From: an uncultured Clostridia bacterium
Lineage (GTDB): Bacteria; Acidobacteriota; Aminicenantia; UBA2199
Assembly: GCA_964463405.1 (NCBI GenBank)
Contig: CAYXCX010000001.1
Span: 1-29,419, forward strand
Length of the DNA: 29,419 bases
Direction of reading: 5' to 3'
Shown here in pieces: positions 1 through 9,199 of the stretch. The position numbers were made by a program, and so were the translations under genes. Position 1 is the first letter of the stretch. Every line of letters begins with the position of its first letter. The notes under the pieces are model-generated. The model was given only the letters and a program-made list of their open reading frames with translations. It did no database searches and was not told the DNA's origin.

Positions 1-2
1 GC

Positions 3-1235
3 ATCCCCACCAAGGCCATCCTGCACTCGGTCAAGGCCGTCAAGCAGATCCAGGATTTCGCCAAGATCGGGGTGCGTGTGGAGAAGTTCCACGTTTCGCC
101 CGAGGAGATCAGCCGCCGCAAGGAGCGGATCGTGGCCAAGCAGACGCGCGGCATCGAGCTGCTGTTCAAGGGACACGGCATCCAGCTCATCCGCGGGCGG
201 GCGCAAGTGGCCGGCGCCGGCCGCGTTCTCATCGACGGCCGGAAAGAGGTCACGGCCCGCCACATCGTGGCCGCCAGCGGCTCGCTCCCGGCTGACCTGC
301 CCTTCCTCAAGGTGGACGGCGAGCGGGTGGTCGGATCCGACCATCTGCTGCGCCTGGAGCGCATCCCCGACACCATGCTGGTCGTCGGCGCCGGCGCCGT
401 CGGCCTGGAATGGGCCCTGATCTATAACTACCTGGGGACGCGGGTCACCGTGGTCGAGATCATGGACACCGTGCTGCCGGGCACCGACCCCGAGATCGCC
501 CAGGTGCTGAGAAACGAGCTGATCAAGCAGGGGCTCACCCTGCACACCGCCACCGCCGTCTCCGACCCCGGGGTGGCGGAAAAGGTCGCCCTGACCTTCC
601 GCAAAGGCGGAAAGGAGTGGCGCGAGGAATTCTCCCAGGTGCTGCTGGCGGTCGGCCGCCTGCCCAACACCGCCGGGCTGTTCGCCGCCGAACTGGGCTT
701 CGCCCTCGACGCCAAGGGGTTCATCCCGGTTTCGCCGAACCTGGAAACGGCCATCCCCGGGGTCTTCGCCTGCGGCGACGCCGTCGGTCCGCCGCTGCTG
801 GCCCACAAGGCCTCGCATCAGGCCATGGCCGTGGTCGAGCACATCGCCGCGGGCCGGCCGGTTCCCCATCATCCCCTGCCGGCCGCCATCTTCACCTTCC
901 CCGAAGTGGCCACGGTGGGCTTGAGCGAGCCGCAGGCGCTGCAGGCCGGGCTGCGGGTGCGCGTCGGCCGCTTCCCCTACGCCGCCGGCTCGCGGGCCAA
1001 CGCCATCGACGAGAAGGCGGGGCTGGTCAAGGTGGTCACCGCCGAGGACAACACCATCCTCGGCGCCCACATCGTCGGCGCCGAGGCCGGCGACCGCCTG
1101 CCGCTGCTGACCTACGCCGTGCAGCGGCGGCTGCAGGCCGGAGAATTCCGCGAACTGGTCCTCGTCCATCCCACGCTGGGCGAAAGCGTCTGGGAGGCGC
1201 TAGGCGAGGTCGCCGGCTTCGCGATCCACCTCTGA
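3..1235 (+). CDS. lpdA: Dihydrolipoamide dehydrogenase (E3), 5'-truncated by the window edge
   Basis: The frame is open from base 3 and reads (C)IPTKAILHS, the second half of the redox CxxxxC motif. It also has the NAD-binding GAGAVGLE, GDAVG and the C-terminal HPTLGE catalytic His-Glu motif. The ORF-track start at 72 is internal. Confidence 0.93.
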   Translation: MPTKAILHSVKAVKQIQDFAKIGVRVEKFHVSPEEISRRKERIVAKQTRGIELLFKGHGIQLIRGRAQVAGAGRVLIDGRKEVTARHIVAASGSLPADLPFLKVDGERVVGSDHLLRLERIPDTMLVVGAGAVGLEWALIYNYLGTRVTVVEIMDTVLPGTDPEIAQVLRNELIKQGLTLHTATAVSDPGVAEKVALTFRKGGKEWREEFSQVLLAVGRLPNTAGLFAAELGFALDAKGFIPVSPNLETAIPGVFACGDAVGPPLLAHKASHQAMAVVEHIAAGRPVPHHPLPAAIFTFPEVATVGLSEPQALQAGLRVRVGRFPYAAGSRANAIDEKAGLVKVVTAEDNTILGAHIVGAEAGDRLPLLTYAVQRRLQAGEFRELVLVHPTLGESVWEALGEVAGFAIHL

Positions 1236-1255
1236 GGCGGAGCCGCCGCGGCGGG

Positions 1256-1284
1256 TTGATTTTTCGCTCCTCTTCTCCTATAAT
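1256..1284 (+). promoter_or_regulatory. Sigma70-type promoter for nfeD (TTGATT-N17-TATAAT)
   Basis: TTGATT at 1256-1261 and a perfect TATAAT at 1279-1284, 17 nt apart. The ATG is 9 nt downstream with no SD. Confidence 0.7.
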
Positions 1285-1293
1285 TTTTGCATC

Positions 1294-2568
1294 ATGAAAA
1301 AAGCCCTGGCCCTGCTGCTGCTGGCCTTCCCTATCTGGCTGGGCGGCGAGATCTACACCCTGCGCTGCGACGGGCCGGTGGACCCGCTGCTGGAGGAGTA
1401 CGCCGTGACCTCGCTGGCCGAGATCGGGCGCAAGGGCGACGCCCGGTTGGTGGTCATCGCCATTGACACGCCGGGGGGATTCGACACCTCAATGCGCGCC
1501 ATCATCAAGGCCATGCTGAATTCGCGCGTACCGGTGGCCGTCCACGTCTCCCCCCAGGGGGCCCGCGCCGCCTCGGCCGGCTTCTTCATCCTGCTGGCGG
1601 CCGACATCGCCGCCATGTCCCCTGGGACCAACACCGGCGCCGCCCACCCGGTGTCGGTCACCGGCAGCGACATCGAGAAGACGATGCGCGAGAAGGTGAC
1701 CAATGACGCCGCCTCCTACATCAAGACCCTGGCCCGCAACCACGGCCGCAACGAGGCGATGGCCGAGAAGGCGGTGCGCGAGAGCAGCTCCTACACGGCG
1801 GAGGAGTGCCTGAAGGGCGGGCTGATCGACCTGCTGGCCGGCGACATGGACGAACTGATCGAGCGCCTGCACGGCCGGACCGTCGCCCTGGCCGGCGGCG
1901 GCGAAACGACGCTGGACCTGCGCGGCCAGCCCCGCGTGGCCGTGACGATGAGCGACCGGCAGAAGTTCCTGCGCACGATCACCAATCCCAACCTGGCCTA
2001 CTTCCTGCTCATCTTCGGCCTGCTCGGCCTGTACCTTGAGTTCAGCCACCCGGGAGTGGCCCTTCCCGGCATCCTGGGCGGCGTCTCCCTGCTGCTGGCC
2101 TTCCTGGCGTTCCAGATCCTGCCCATCAACTACGTCGGGCTTTTCCTCATCCTCCTGTCGATCGGCTTTTTCGTCGCCGAGATCAAGGTGCAGGGATTCG
2201 GCCTGCTGGGCGTCGGGGGGATCGTTTCGTTCGTCCTGGGATCGATCATGCTGATCAAGTCGCCCATCCCGGAAATGAGGCCGGCCATGCCCATCATCCT
2301 GACCTTTGCCGTCTGCTTCGGCTGCATCCTGCTGTTCCTGACCTGGAAAGTCTTCCAGGCCATGAAGCGCAAGACCGCCACCGGCCTGGAGGGGCTGCTC
2401 GGCGAGACCGGCATGGCCCGCAGCGACATCGACGCGAGCCGGGGCAAGGTTTTCGTCCACGGCGAATGGTGGAACGCGGTCAGCGACGAGCCGATCGCCG
2501 CCGGCAGCGCCGTCGAGGTCGTGGCGGTCGAGAACCTGCTGCTGAAAGTAAAAAAGTCAGGAGGGTAA
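1294..2568 (+). CDS. nfeD: NfeD-family membrane-bound ClpP-class serine protease (long NfeD)
   Basis: Signal peptide; IDTPGG and [28 protein letters not shown] protease motifs; 4-5 TM block; C-terminal OB-fold ([12 protein letters not shown]); adjacent to an SPFH gene. Confidence 0.92.
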   Translation: MKKALALLLLAFPIWLGGEIYTLRCDGPVDPLLEEYAVTSLAEIGRKGDARLVVIAIDTPGGFDTSMRAIIKAMLNSRVPVAVHVSPQGARAASAGFFILLAADIAAMSPGTNTGAAHPVSVTGSDIEKTMREKVTNDAASYIKTLARNHGRNEAMAEKAVRESSSYTAEECLKGGLIDLLAGDMDELIERLHGRTVALAGGGETTLDLRGQPRVAVTMSDRQKFLRTITNPNLAYFLLIFGLLGLYLEFSHPGVALPGILGGVSLLLAFLAFQILPINYVGLFLILLSIGFFVAEIKVQGFGLLGVGGIVSFVLGSIMLIKSPIPEMRPAMPIILTFAVCFGCILLFLTWKVFQAMKRKTATGLEGLLGETGMARSDIDASRGKVFVHGEWWNAVSDEPIAAGSAVEVVAVENLLLKVKKSGG

Positions 2569-2569
2569 C

Positions 2570-3325
2570 ATGACGATACTGTCCAATCCGTTGCTGGTGG
2601 CGGCGATCGTCGCCGTCTTCTTTATCCTGAACTGGATCAAGGTGCTCAAGGAGTACGAACGCGGCGTGGTCTTCCGCCTGGGCCGCGTCCTGGGCCAGGT
2701 CAAGGGGCCCGGGCTGATCCTGGTCCTCTCGCCCATCGACAAGCTCGTGCGCATCAGCCTGCGCACCATCGTCCTTGACGTGCCGCCGCAGGACATCATC
2801 TCCCGCGACAACGTCTCGGTCAAGGTCAACGCCGTGGTCTACTTCCGCGTCCTCGACCCCAAAAAGGCGGTCATCGAGGTCCAGGACTACCTCTACGCCA
2901 CCTCGCAGATCTCGCAGACGACGCTGCGTTCGGTCCTCGGCCAGGTGGAGCTGGACGAGCTGCTTTCGGAGCGGGACAAGCTGAACTCGCGCCTGCAGTC
3001 GATCATCGACGAGCACACCGATCCCTGGGGCATCAAGGTCTCCATGGTCGAGATCAAGCACGTCGACCTGCCGCAGGAGATGCAGCGGGCCATGGCCAAG
3101 CAGGCCGAGGCCGAACGCGAGCGCCGGGCCAAGGTCATCCACGCCGAAGGCGAGAACCAGGCGTCGGCCAAGCTGCTCGAGGCGGCCAACACCCTGTCGC
3201 AGAACCAGGCCACCCTGCAGCTGCGCTATCTGCAGACGCTGGTGGAAATCGGCTCGGCCAACGCCACCACCATCGTCTTTCCAATGCCCATCGACCTGCT
3301 GAAAGGGCTGTACGAAAAGAAGTAA
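2570..3325 (+). CDS. SPFH/band-7 (stomatin/slipin) family protein
   Basis: N-terminal TM; [43 protein letters not shown] and [22 protein letters not shown], which are classic stomatin motifs. Confidence 0.95.
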   Translation: MTILSNPLLVAAIVAVFFILNWIKVLKEYERGVVFRLGRVLGQVKGPGLILVLSPIDKLVRISLRTIVLDVPPQDIISRDNVSVKVNAVVYFRVLDPKKAVIEVQDYLYATSQISQTTLRSVLGQVELDELLSERDKLNSRLQSIIDEHTDPWGIKVSMVEIKHVDLPQEMQRAMAKQAEAERERRAKVIHAEGENQASAKLLEAANTLSQNQATLQLRYLQTLVEIGSANATTIVFPMPIDLLKGLYEKK

Positions 3326-3904
3326 ATGGAAAAAACCTATTTCGAATTCAAGATCACCTTCCTGCACATCGTCATCTTCCTGGTGGCGGTCATCGCCATC
3401 GGCGTTTTTTTGTTCTACATGGGCTACCAGTCCGGGCAGCGCCGCTCCGATCCGCGCACGCTGCTGGCCAACCAGCAGGGTGAAGAGGAGGGCGTCGGCG
3501 AGCTGGAGGTGGTCGACGAGACGCCGCCGCCGGCCCCGAAGGCGGCGGCCGCCGGGCGCTCGATCACGGCCGAGATGAAGCTGCATGAGGAGCAGCCGGC
3601 CCAGGGCGCGGCGGCGCCGGCCGGTACGCCGGCCAAGGAAAGCAGTCCGCCGCCGGCGGCGAAACCGGCCGCCGAGGCGAACTACACCATCCAGGTAGGC
3701 GCCTTCGCCGACTTCGCCAATGCCCAAAAGTGCAGCCTGCGCTTCACCGGCCTGGGCTATCCGACCGCGATCGTCACCGACAACCAGAAAAAGCTGCACA
3801 CCGTCCAGGTGGGGAGCTTCGCTGCCTTGGAAGAAGCCCAGAAGGAAAAAGCGGCGCTGGAAAACCGGGAAAAGGCGAAATTCACCGTCAAGAAATCGCG
3901 GTGA
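3326..3904 (+). CDS. Bitopic SPOR-domain protein (FtsN/DedD-like architecture)
   Basis: Short N-tail, one TM (IVIFLVAVIAIGVFLFYMGY), Pro/Ala-rich linker, C-terminal SPOR (YTIQVGAFADFANA...TVQVGSF). Confidence 0.82.
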   Translation: MEKTYFEFKITFLHIVIFLVAVIAIGVFLFYMGYQSGQRRSDPRTLLANQQGEEEGVGELEVVDETPPPAPKAAAAGRSITAEMKLHEEQPAQGAAAPAGTPAKESSPPPAAKPAAEANYTIQVGAFADFANAQKCSLRFTGLGYPTAIVTDNQKKLHTVQVGSFAALEEAQKEKAALENREKAKFTVKKSR

Positions 3905-5466
3905 AGTCGCCGCCGCGCTTTCCCCTGTGGCTGGCCGCCGCCCTGGCCTATGGCCTGGCTTTTCCCAGCCCGCAGCTGGCGCCGCTGGGATTCCTGTTCC
4001 TGGTGCCGCTGCTGCTGGATGCGGAGAAGCGCAGGCCGGCGGCGGCCTTCGCCCGCTTCTTCCTCTTTGCGTTGGTGGCTCACCTGATCCTCCTGTACTG
4101 GATTCCGCGCGTGATGGTCCGCTACGGCGGCACCCCCTGGCCCCTGGGCGTGGTGGGGCTGGCTTGCCTTGCCGCATTCCTGTCCTTGTTTACCGGACTG
4201 GCCGGCATGCTGATCGCCCGGGCCCTCGGCCGCGGCGGCATCGCGGCCATTTTCTGCATCCCGGCGGCGTGGGTGGCCAAGGACCTGGCGGTGGAAAAGG
4301 TCCTCGGCGGTTTTCCCTGGTGCCTGGCCGGCTACACCCAGTACCGAAACATTCCCTTTCTGCAGTGGGCCGAGCTGGGCGGCATCCACCTCCTCTCCTT
4401 CCTGTTGGTCGCCGCCAACGTCCTCCTCTACGTGTTCCTCAAGCGCCGGGACAAGAGGACGGCCGCGGCGCTGGCGGCGTTCCTGGCCGTCGTCCATGCC
4501 GGCGGCCTGGGCCTGCTGCGCGCCCACGAAGCCCGCGCCGCCGCCGCGCCGCGCCACCGCGCCGGCATCGTCCAGCCCAACAGCAATCACGACCAGGCTT
4601 TTGACTTTGCGCGGGTGCAGGAAACCCTGGACCGGCTGTTTCGCGTCTCGGCCGGACTGGCCGGCCGCGGTGCCGAGTTCGTGGTCTGGCCCGAGTTCAC
4701 CGTACCCATCTACCCGCGCCAGGCCCCGTACTACAAGGAGCAGTTTCTGGCCTTCAGCCGCGCCCATGCCCCGCTGCTGGCCGGATTCACCGATCCGCGC
4801 GGCTCGGCCGGGACGTTCAACTCGGTGCTGCTGTTCGCGCAAGGCGGCATTGCCGCCTACGACAAGGTGCACCTCACCCCTTTCGGCGAATTCGTGCCCT
4901 TTCGCCGCCTGCTGTTTTTCGTGCGCAAGATCACCGACGAGATCGGCGATTTTTCCCCGGGAGCCCGCCTGCACAACCTGGAGCTGGCCGGGCGCAAGCT
5001 GGCGACGCCCGTCTGCTACGAGGTCATCTTCCCCGGGCTGGTCCGCAGCCTGGTCGCCGGCGGCGGCCAGGCGATCGTGACCCTTTCCAACGACTCCTGG
5101 TTCGGAAACACCTCGGCGCCGCGCCAGCACCTGGCCATGGCCGCCTGCCGCAGCGTCGAGAACCGGCGCTGGCTGCTGCGCTCGACCTCCAACGGCATCT
5201 CGGCGCTCGTCGATCCGGCCGGCCGCATCGTGCGCCGCTCGCCCATGGGCCGCGCCGACGCATTCCTGGCCGAGTTCCAGTATCTGTCGCGGTTGACGAT
5301 CTTCAGCCGCTGGGGATACCGCTTCCCCTACGCCTGCCTGCTCCTGGCCCTGGCGTTGCTGGCGCGTGCGCCGGCCCGTCGCCGCGGCCCGCCTACCAGC
5401 CCTGAAGTTGGTAGAGGAAATCGCCGCACGAGCCGATCAGCTCAACGCGCTCCCGGGGCGGCGTGA
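3901..5466 (+). CDS. lnt: Apolipoprotein N-acyltransferase
   Basis: GTG start overlaps the SPOR stop (GTGA). Multi-TM N-terminus with GGFPW; nitrilase-fold triad motifs VVWPE, YDKVHLTPFGE and VCYE; also SNDSWFG and RSTSNGIS. Confidence 0.93.
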   Translation: MKSPPRFPLWLAAALAYGLAFPSPQLAPLGFLFLVPLLLDAEKRRPAAAFARFFLFALVAHLILLYWIPRVMVRYGGTPWPLGVVGLACLAAFLSLFTGLAGMLIARALGRGGIAAIFCIPAAWVAKDLAVEKVLGGFPWCLAGYTQYRNIPFLQWAELGGIHLLSFLLVAANVLLYVFLKRRDKRTAAALAAFLAVVHAGGLGLLRAHEARAAAAPRHRAGIVQPNSNHDQAFDFARVQETLDRLFRVSAGLAGRGAEFVVWPEFTVPIYPRQAPYYKEQFLAFSRAHAPLLAGFTDPRGSAGTFNSVLLFAQGGIAAYDKVHLTPFGEFVPFRRLLFFVRKITDEIGDFSPGARLHNLELAGRKLATPVCYEVIFPGLVRSLVAGGGQAIVTLSNDSWFGNTSAPRQHLAMAACRSVENRRWLLRSTSNGISALVDPAGRIVRRSPMGRADAFLAEFQYLSRLTIFSRWGYRFPYACLLLALALLARAPARRRGPPTSPEVGRGNRRTSRSAQRAPGAA

Positions 5467-6874
5467 GCGTCCGCCTCACTCCCATGTAGCAGTCCAAGTT
5501 GTAGAGGGGGATGAACGGCAGGTCGCGGCGCCACAATTCGTGGGCGCGTTCGTACGCCGTCCGCCGCTTCTTGTCGTCCATTTGCCGCAGCCCGGCTTCC
5601 AGCGCGTCGTCCATCTCCCGGCAGGAGTAGCCGGCATAATTGAAATAGCCGCCCGAGGAGAGGACGTCCCTCAGGTTCCAGTCGAGGTCGAGGAGGAACG
5701 ACGAGACGGCCAGGTCGAACTCCCCCCGCTTCAGGCGCTGCAGGAAAATCTGGTACTCGAGGAACTCCGGCTTCAGGTCGACCCCCTCAGCCTTCATTTC
5801 CTGGCACAGGAAGAGAACGAGCTCCCGGCGCACGCTGGACTCGCTGTTGGTCAGGATGCGCAAACGGCGGCGCGCGGCCGGCGCCGTCACCGGCAGGCGG
5901 CGCGGCTTCTTCTCCGCGCCGAACAGCAGGAAGGGCGAATACACGCGGTCACCGCGCCCCTGCAGGAACTCGGCGAGAAAGGACGTGGCGTGCAGCCGGT
6001 TGTGAAAGCGGCGGCGCAGGTTCAGGTCGAGGCCGGGCTGGCGCAGGTTGAAGGCCAGGTAGGAGTAGCCGAATTTCTTGAATGGCAGCAGGCGGAAGGC
6101 GCGGCGCCAGGATTTCAGCCGCGGGTAGGCGGCGGCGTCGTCGCCGTGGATTTCGGCCGCGTCCAGTTCCCGGTTCAGCAGCTTGAGCGGCGCCTGGCGC
6201 GGCTCGCCGAGAACGGCGTAGCGGATCCGGGAGAAGGGCAGTTCGCCCGGCCAGTGGGGGTTCGCCTCCAGCTCGAAGCCCCAGGGAGAGTCGATCGCGG
6301 CCAGGCGGTAGGGACCGCTGCCCAGCGGCACGCTGCCGCGGAACGTCTCCGGGTCGGCGCCGCCAATCTGGCCGGCGCTCAGGATCTTGAATGTCAGGTA
6401 GCTTTTCCAGGGGGCGTACCGCTCGCGCAGGCGCAGGCGGAGTTCCAGCGGCCCCACTGCCTCGGCCGCGGCCAGGAAATCAAGGTCGGAGGCATAGGGA
6501 TACTGGAAGCGCGAGTCGCGCAGCAGGCCGATGGTCGCCGCCACGTCGCGGCTGGCGAGAGGCGCGCCGTCGGCGAAGCGCGCCCCCGGCCTGAGCGCCA
6601 GCCGGATCACGGTGCCGTCTTCGCTCAGTGAATGGGAGGCGGCCAGCTCGGGAACGGGCCGTCCTCGGCCGTCGAAGCGGAACAGGGACTGGTACCCCTT
6701 GTTGGCCACCGCCTGGGCCGTCTCGCCGGTGGCATAGACCGGGTTGAACGAGGCGGGGAAATCATAGCAGGCCAGGCGCAGCTCCGGTTTTGCCGAGGCG
6801 GCGCCGGCCAGCAGCGGCAGCAGCAGCAGCCAGCGGAGGAAGCGGGAACGGCCGGAGGGCGGCAAAGGGGGCAT
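5393..6874 (-). CDS. ABC transporter family 5 (peptide/nickel-type) substrate-binding protein
   Basis: Signal peptide; PASFNPV, SLFRFD, LRPGARFADG..LASRDV and PLGSGPYRL motifs; C-terminal DLPFIPLY. Confidence 0.85.
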   Translation of the reverse strand: MPPLPPSGRSRFLRWLLLLPLLAGAASAKPELRLACYDFPASFNPVYATGETAQAVANKGYQSLFRFDGRGRPVPELAASHSLSEDGTVIRLALRPGARFADGAPLASRDVAATIGLLRDSRFQYPYASDLDFLAAAEAVGPLELRLRLRERYAPWKSYLTFKILSAGQIGGADPETFRGSVPLGSGPYRLAAIDSPWGFELEANPHWPGELPFSRIRYAVLGEPRQAPLKLLNRELDAAEIHGDDAAAYPRLKSWRRAFRLLPFKKFGYSYLAFNLRQPGLDLNLRRRFHNRLHATSFLAEFLQGRGDRVYSPFLLFGAEKKPRRLPVTAPAARRRLRILTNSESSVRRELVLFLCQEMKAEGVDLKPEFLEYQIFLQRLKRGEFDLAVSSFLLDLDWNLRDVLSSGGYFNYAGYSCREMDDALEAGLRQMDDKKRRTAYERAHELWRRDLPFIPLYNLDCYMGVRRTLTPPRERVELIGSCGDFLYQLQGW

Positions 6875-7108
6875 TTACTTGACCAGGCGCACCTCGGAGA
6901 TCTCGGGGATCTCCTTTTTCATCACCTGCTCGACGTAGCCCTTGATGGTGTACATGCTCATGGGGCAGCCGAAGCAGTGGCCCTTGAGCCGGACCAGCAC
7001 CGCTTTTTCGTCGGCCAGCACGTCGACCAGCTCGATGTCGCCTCCGTCTCCCTGCAGCGCCGGCCGCACCTGCTCGATGACGGCGGCTACCTTTTCCTTC
7101 AGTTCCAT
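6875..7108 (-). CDS. NifU C-terminal (Nfu) domain Fe-S carrier protein
   Basis: VRPALQGDGGDIELV...LKGHCFGCPMS: Nfu signature with CxxC; 77 aa stand-alone domain. Confidence 0.92.
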   Translation of the reverse strand: MELKEKVAAVIEQVRPALQGDGGDIELVDVLADEKAVLVRLKGHCFGCPMSMYTIKGYVEQVMKKEIPEISEVRLVK

Positions 7109-7117
7109 GTCGTCTCC

Positions 7118-8032
7118 TTATCCGTACTGCAGCATCGCCCGCAGGGCGCGGCCGGCGGGGCCGGCCACGGCGGGGTCGATCTCGATCTCGTAGCGGTCCA
7201 GGAGCAGGGCGTCGCGCACGTCGCGCAGGGCCGTGCGCTTCATGTTGCTGCAGACTTTCTCGGCGCCGGCGGGGATGAAGCGCTTGCCCGGGTTCTCGCG
7301 CGCCAGCCGCTCGAGCAGCCCCTGTTCGGTGGCCACGATAAACTCCTGCGCCTGCGCCGCCGCGGCGTAGCGCAGCATGCCGCCGGTGGAGAGGACTTCG
7401 TCGGCAAGGGCGGCGACCTCGGCCCGCGCCTCGGGATGGACCAGGACCACGGCCCGCGGATGGCGGGCACGCATGGCCTCGATCTCCTGGGGCTTGATGC
7501 GGTCGTGGACGTAGCAATAGCCTTCGAAAAGGTGCAGCGTCTTCTCCGGGACCAGGCGCTGCACGTAGCCTCCCAGGTTGCGGTCGGGCACGAAGATGAT
7601 CTCGGCGGCGGGAATGCCGCGCACCACCTGGGCGGCGTTGGCCGAGGTGCAGCAGGCGTCGCTTTCGGCCTTGATCTCGGCCGAGGAGTTCACGTAGGCG
7701 ACGACCGCCGCCTTGGGATGCCCGGCCTTCAGCCGGCGCAGTTCCTCGACGGTGATCATGTCGGCCATGGGACAGCCGGCGTCAAGGCGCGGCAGCAGGA
7801 CGCGCTTTTCCGGGGCCAGGATCTTGGCCGTCTCGGCCATGAACTTGACCCCGGCGAAGACGATCACGCCCTGGCTGAGGGAGGCGGCCCGGCGGCTGAG
7901 ATCGAGGGAGTCGCCGAGAAAATCGGCGGCCAGCTGCACCTCCGCCACCTGGTAGTTGTGGGCCAGGAGGACGGCCCCGCGCCGCCGCTTCAGCTCCTCG
8001 ACTTGTTGCCGCAGATTCTCTTGTTTCGTCAT
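7118..8032 (-). CDS. nadA: Quinolinate synthase A ([4Fe-4S])
   Basis: LAHNYQ, AGCPMAD, YVNSSA..KA..D.CCTSANA, PDRNLG, GYCYVH, VHPE, STGGM and CSNMK, covering the three cluster-ligating Cys motifs. Confidence 0.96.
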   Translation of the reverse strand: MTKQENLRQQVEELKRRRGAVLLAHNYQVAEVQLAADFLGDSLDLSRRAASLSQGVIVFAGVKFMAETAKILAPEKRVLLPRLDAGCPMADMITVEELRRLKAGHPKAAVVAYVNSSAEIKAESDACCTSANAAQVVRGIPAAEIIFVPDRNLGGYVQRLVPEKTLHLFEGYCYVHDRIKPQEIEAMRARHPRAVVLVHPEARAEVAALADEVLSTGGMLRYAAAAQAQEFIVATEQGLLERLARENPGKRFIPAGAEKVCSNMKRTALRDVRDALLLDRYEIEIDPAVAGPAGRALRAMLQYG

Positions 8033-8047
8033 GCTTCGTCCTTGGCC

Positions 8048-8076
8048 ATTGTAGCCGGTCGCGCTCGAGCCGTCAA
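8048..8076 (-). promoter_or_regulatory. Sigma70-type promoter for nadA (TTGACG-N17-TACAAT)
   Basis: Minus strand: TTGACG at 8076-8071, a 17-nt spacer, TACAAT at 8053-8048; 15 nt upstream of the ATG. Confidence 0.7.
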
Positions 8077-8183
8077 CCGGCCGGGATCCGAAACGGGCAG
8101 GAGCATCCCCAAGGCTAGTGTTGGCCAGCGCGATGAATGTTTTTTATGGCAGCCAAGCATTCCACAATTTGAATTCGATTCAA

Positions 8184-8212
8184 TGGCCATGTTCGCAAAA
8201 ACGGTGTATAAT
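8184..8212 (+). promoter_or_regulatory. Sigma70-type promoter for the TPAT operon (TGGCCA-N17-TATAAT)
   Basis: Perfect TATAAT at 8207-8212; weak -35 (4/6) at 8184-8189 with a 17-nt spacer. Confidence 0.55.
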
Positions 8213-8239
8213 TATCCCGCGATCCCGGAGATGCAGCCG

Positions 8240-9199
8240 ATGAAAAAAACAGCTTTCCCCGCCGGCCTCTTTTTGCTCTCAGCCCTGGTCCTGTCCCCGG
8301 CCTGTTCGTTGCGCAGGCTGGCGCTGAACGGCGTGGCCAATGCCCTGACCGGCAGCTCCCAGGGCACCGTGTTCACCGGCGACAACGACCCCGAGCTCGT
8401 CGGCGACGCCCTGCCCTTCGCCATCAAGATGTACGAATCGCTGCTGGCGGCCAACCCCCGCCACCAGGGACTGCGGCTGACGACCGGCAGCCTGTACGTC
8501 ATGTACGCCAATGCCTTTCTGCAGACCCCGGCCTCGATGCTTCCCGAGGCGGAATACCTGGCCCAGGAATTCACTTACCAGAGGGCCAAAAACCTCTACC
8601 TGCGCGGCCGCGACATCATCCTCGACCTGCTGGAGATGAAGTATCCCGGCTTCCGCTCCAGGCTGGAGCGCAAGGACTACGCCGCTGCCCTGGCCGCCGC
8701 CCGGCGCCGCGACGCCCCGCTCCTCTACTGGGCGGGGGCTGGCTGGCTTGGCGGCTACGCCATCGATCCCTTCGACATGGACCTGGGGATGACCCTGCCG
8801 GCGGCCGCCGCCCTGATCGAGCGGGCCTACGAGCTCGATCCCGACTATGCGGCCGGCGCGCTGCACGAGTTCTACATCCTCTATTACGGCTCGCTGCCGG
8901 AGTACATGGGCGGCAGCCTGAAAAAGGCGCGCGAGCACTTCGCCAAGGCGCTGGCGGCGTCGGGCGGACGTTCGGCCACCCCCTACATCTCCCTGGCCAC
9001 GGCAGTGACCGTCAAAGAGCAGAACCTGGCCGAGTTCCGCGAGCTGCTGGGCAAGGCGCTGGCCATCGACCCCGACGCGGTCCCGGAAACCCGGCTCGTC
9101 GGAGCGCTGAACCGGCGCAAGGCACGGTGGCTTCTTGAGCACGCCAGTGACTTCTTCGTCGAGGCCGAGGATGCCGAGGGGGATAGCGAGGAGAAATGA
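8240..9199 (+). CDS. tatT: TRAP-T-associated TPR-like lipoprotein TatT
   Basis: GGAG 9 nt before ATG 8240 (alternative ATG 8231). Lipobox LSPA-C; DNDPELVGDALPFAIKMYESLL, LYVMYANAF and GGSLKKAREHFAKA motifs; sits directly upstream of a DctP gene. This is the real 3' part of the 6632..9199 ORF. Confidence 0.85.
   Translation: MKKTAFPAGLFLLSALVLSPACSLRRLALNGVANALTGSSQGTVFTGDNDPELVGDALPFAIKMYESLLAANPRHQGLRLTTGSLYVMYANAFLQTPASMLPEAEYLAQEFTYQRAKNLYLRGRDIILDLLEMKYPGFRSRLERKDYAAALAAARRRDAPLLYWAGAGWLGGYAIDPFDMDLGMTLPAAAALIERAYELDPDYAAGALHEFYILYYGSLPEYMGGSLKKAREHFAKALAASGGRSATPYISLATAVTVKEQNLAEFRELLGKALAIDPDAVPETRLVGALNRRKARWLLEHASDFFVEAEDAEGDSEEK

Noticed and set aside
1236-1293. nfeD-SPFH as part of the local ECF regulon (as for SigW in B. 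subtilis)
   Set aside because: The upstream region has a clear sigma70-type promoter and no AAC-N16-CGT motif.
8033-8200. NAD+-I (nadA motif) riboswitch known from Acidobacteria
   Set aside because: The near-consensus promoter leaves only about a 10-nt leader before nadA, and I see no tandem aptamer stems. An Rfam/Infernal search would be decisive.
6632-8239. 855-aa ORF 6632..9199 as a single protein
   Set aside because: The first ~535 codons are the antisense shadow of nadA, nfu and the SBP gene and run through promoters. Only the part from 8240 (signal peptide + lipobox) is TatT.
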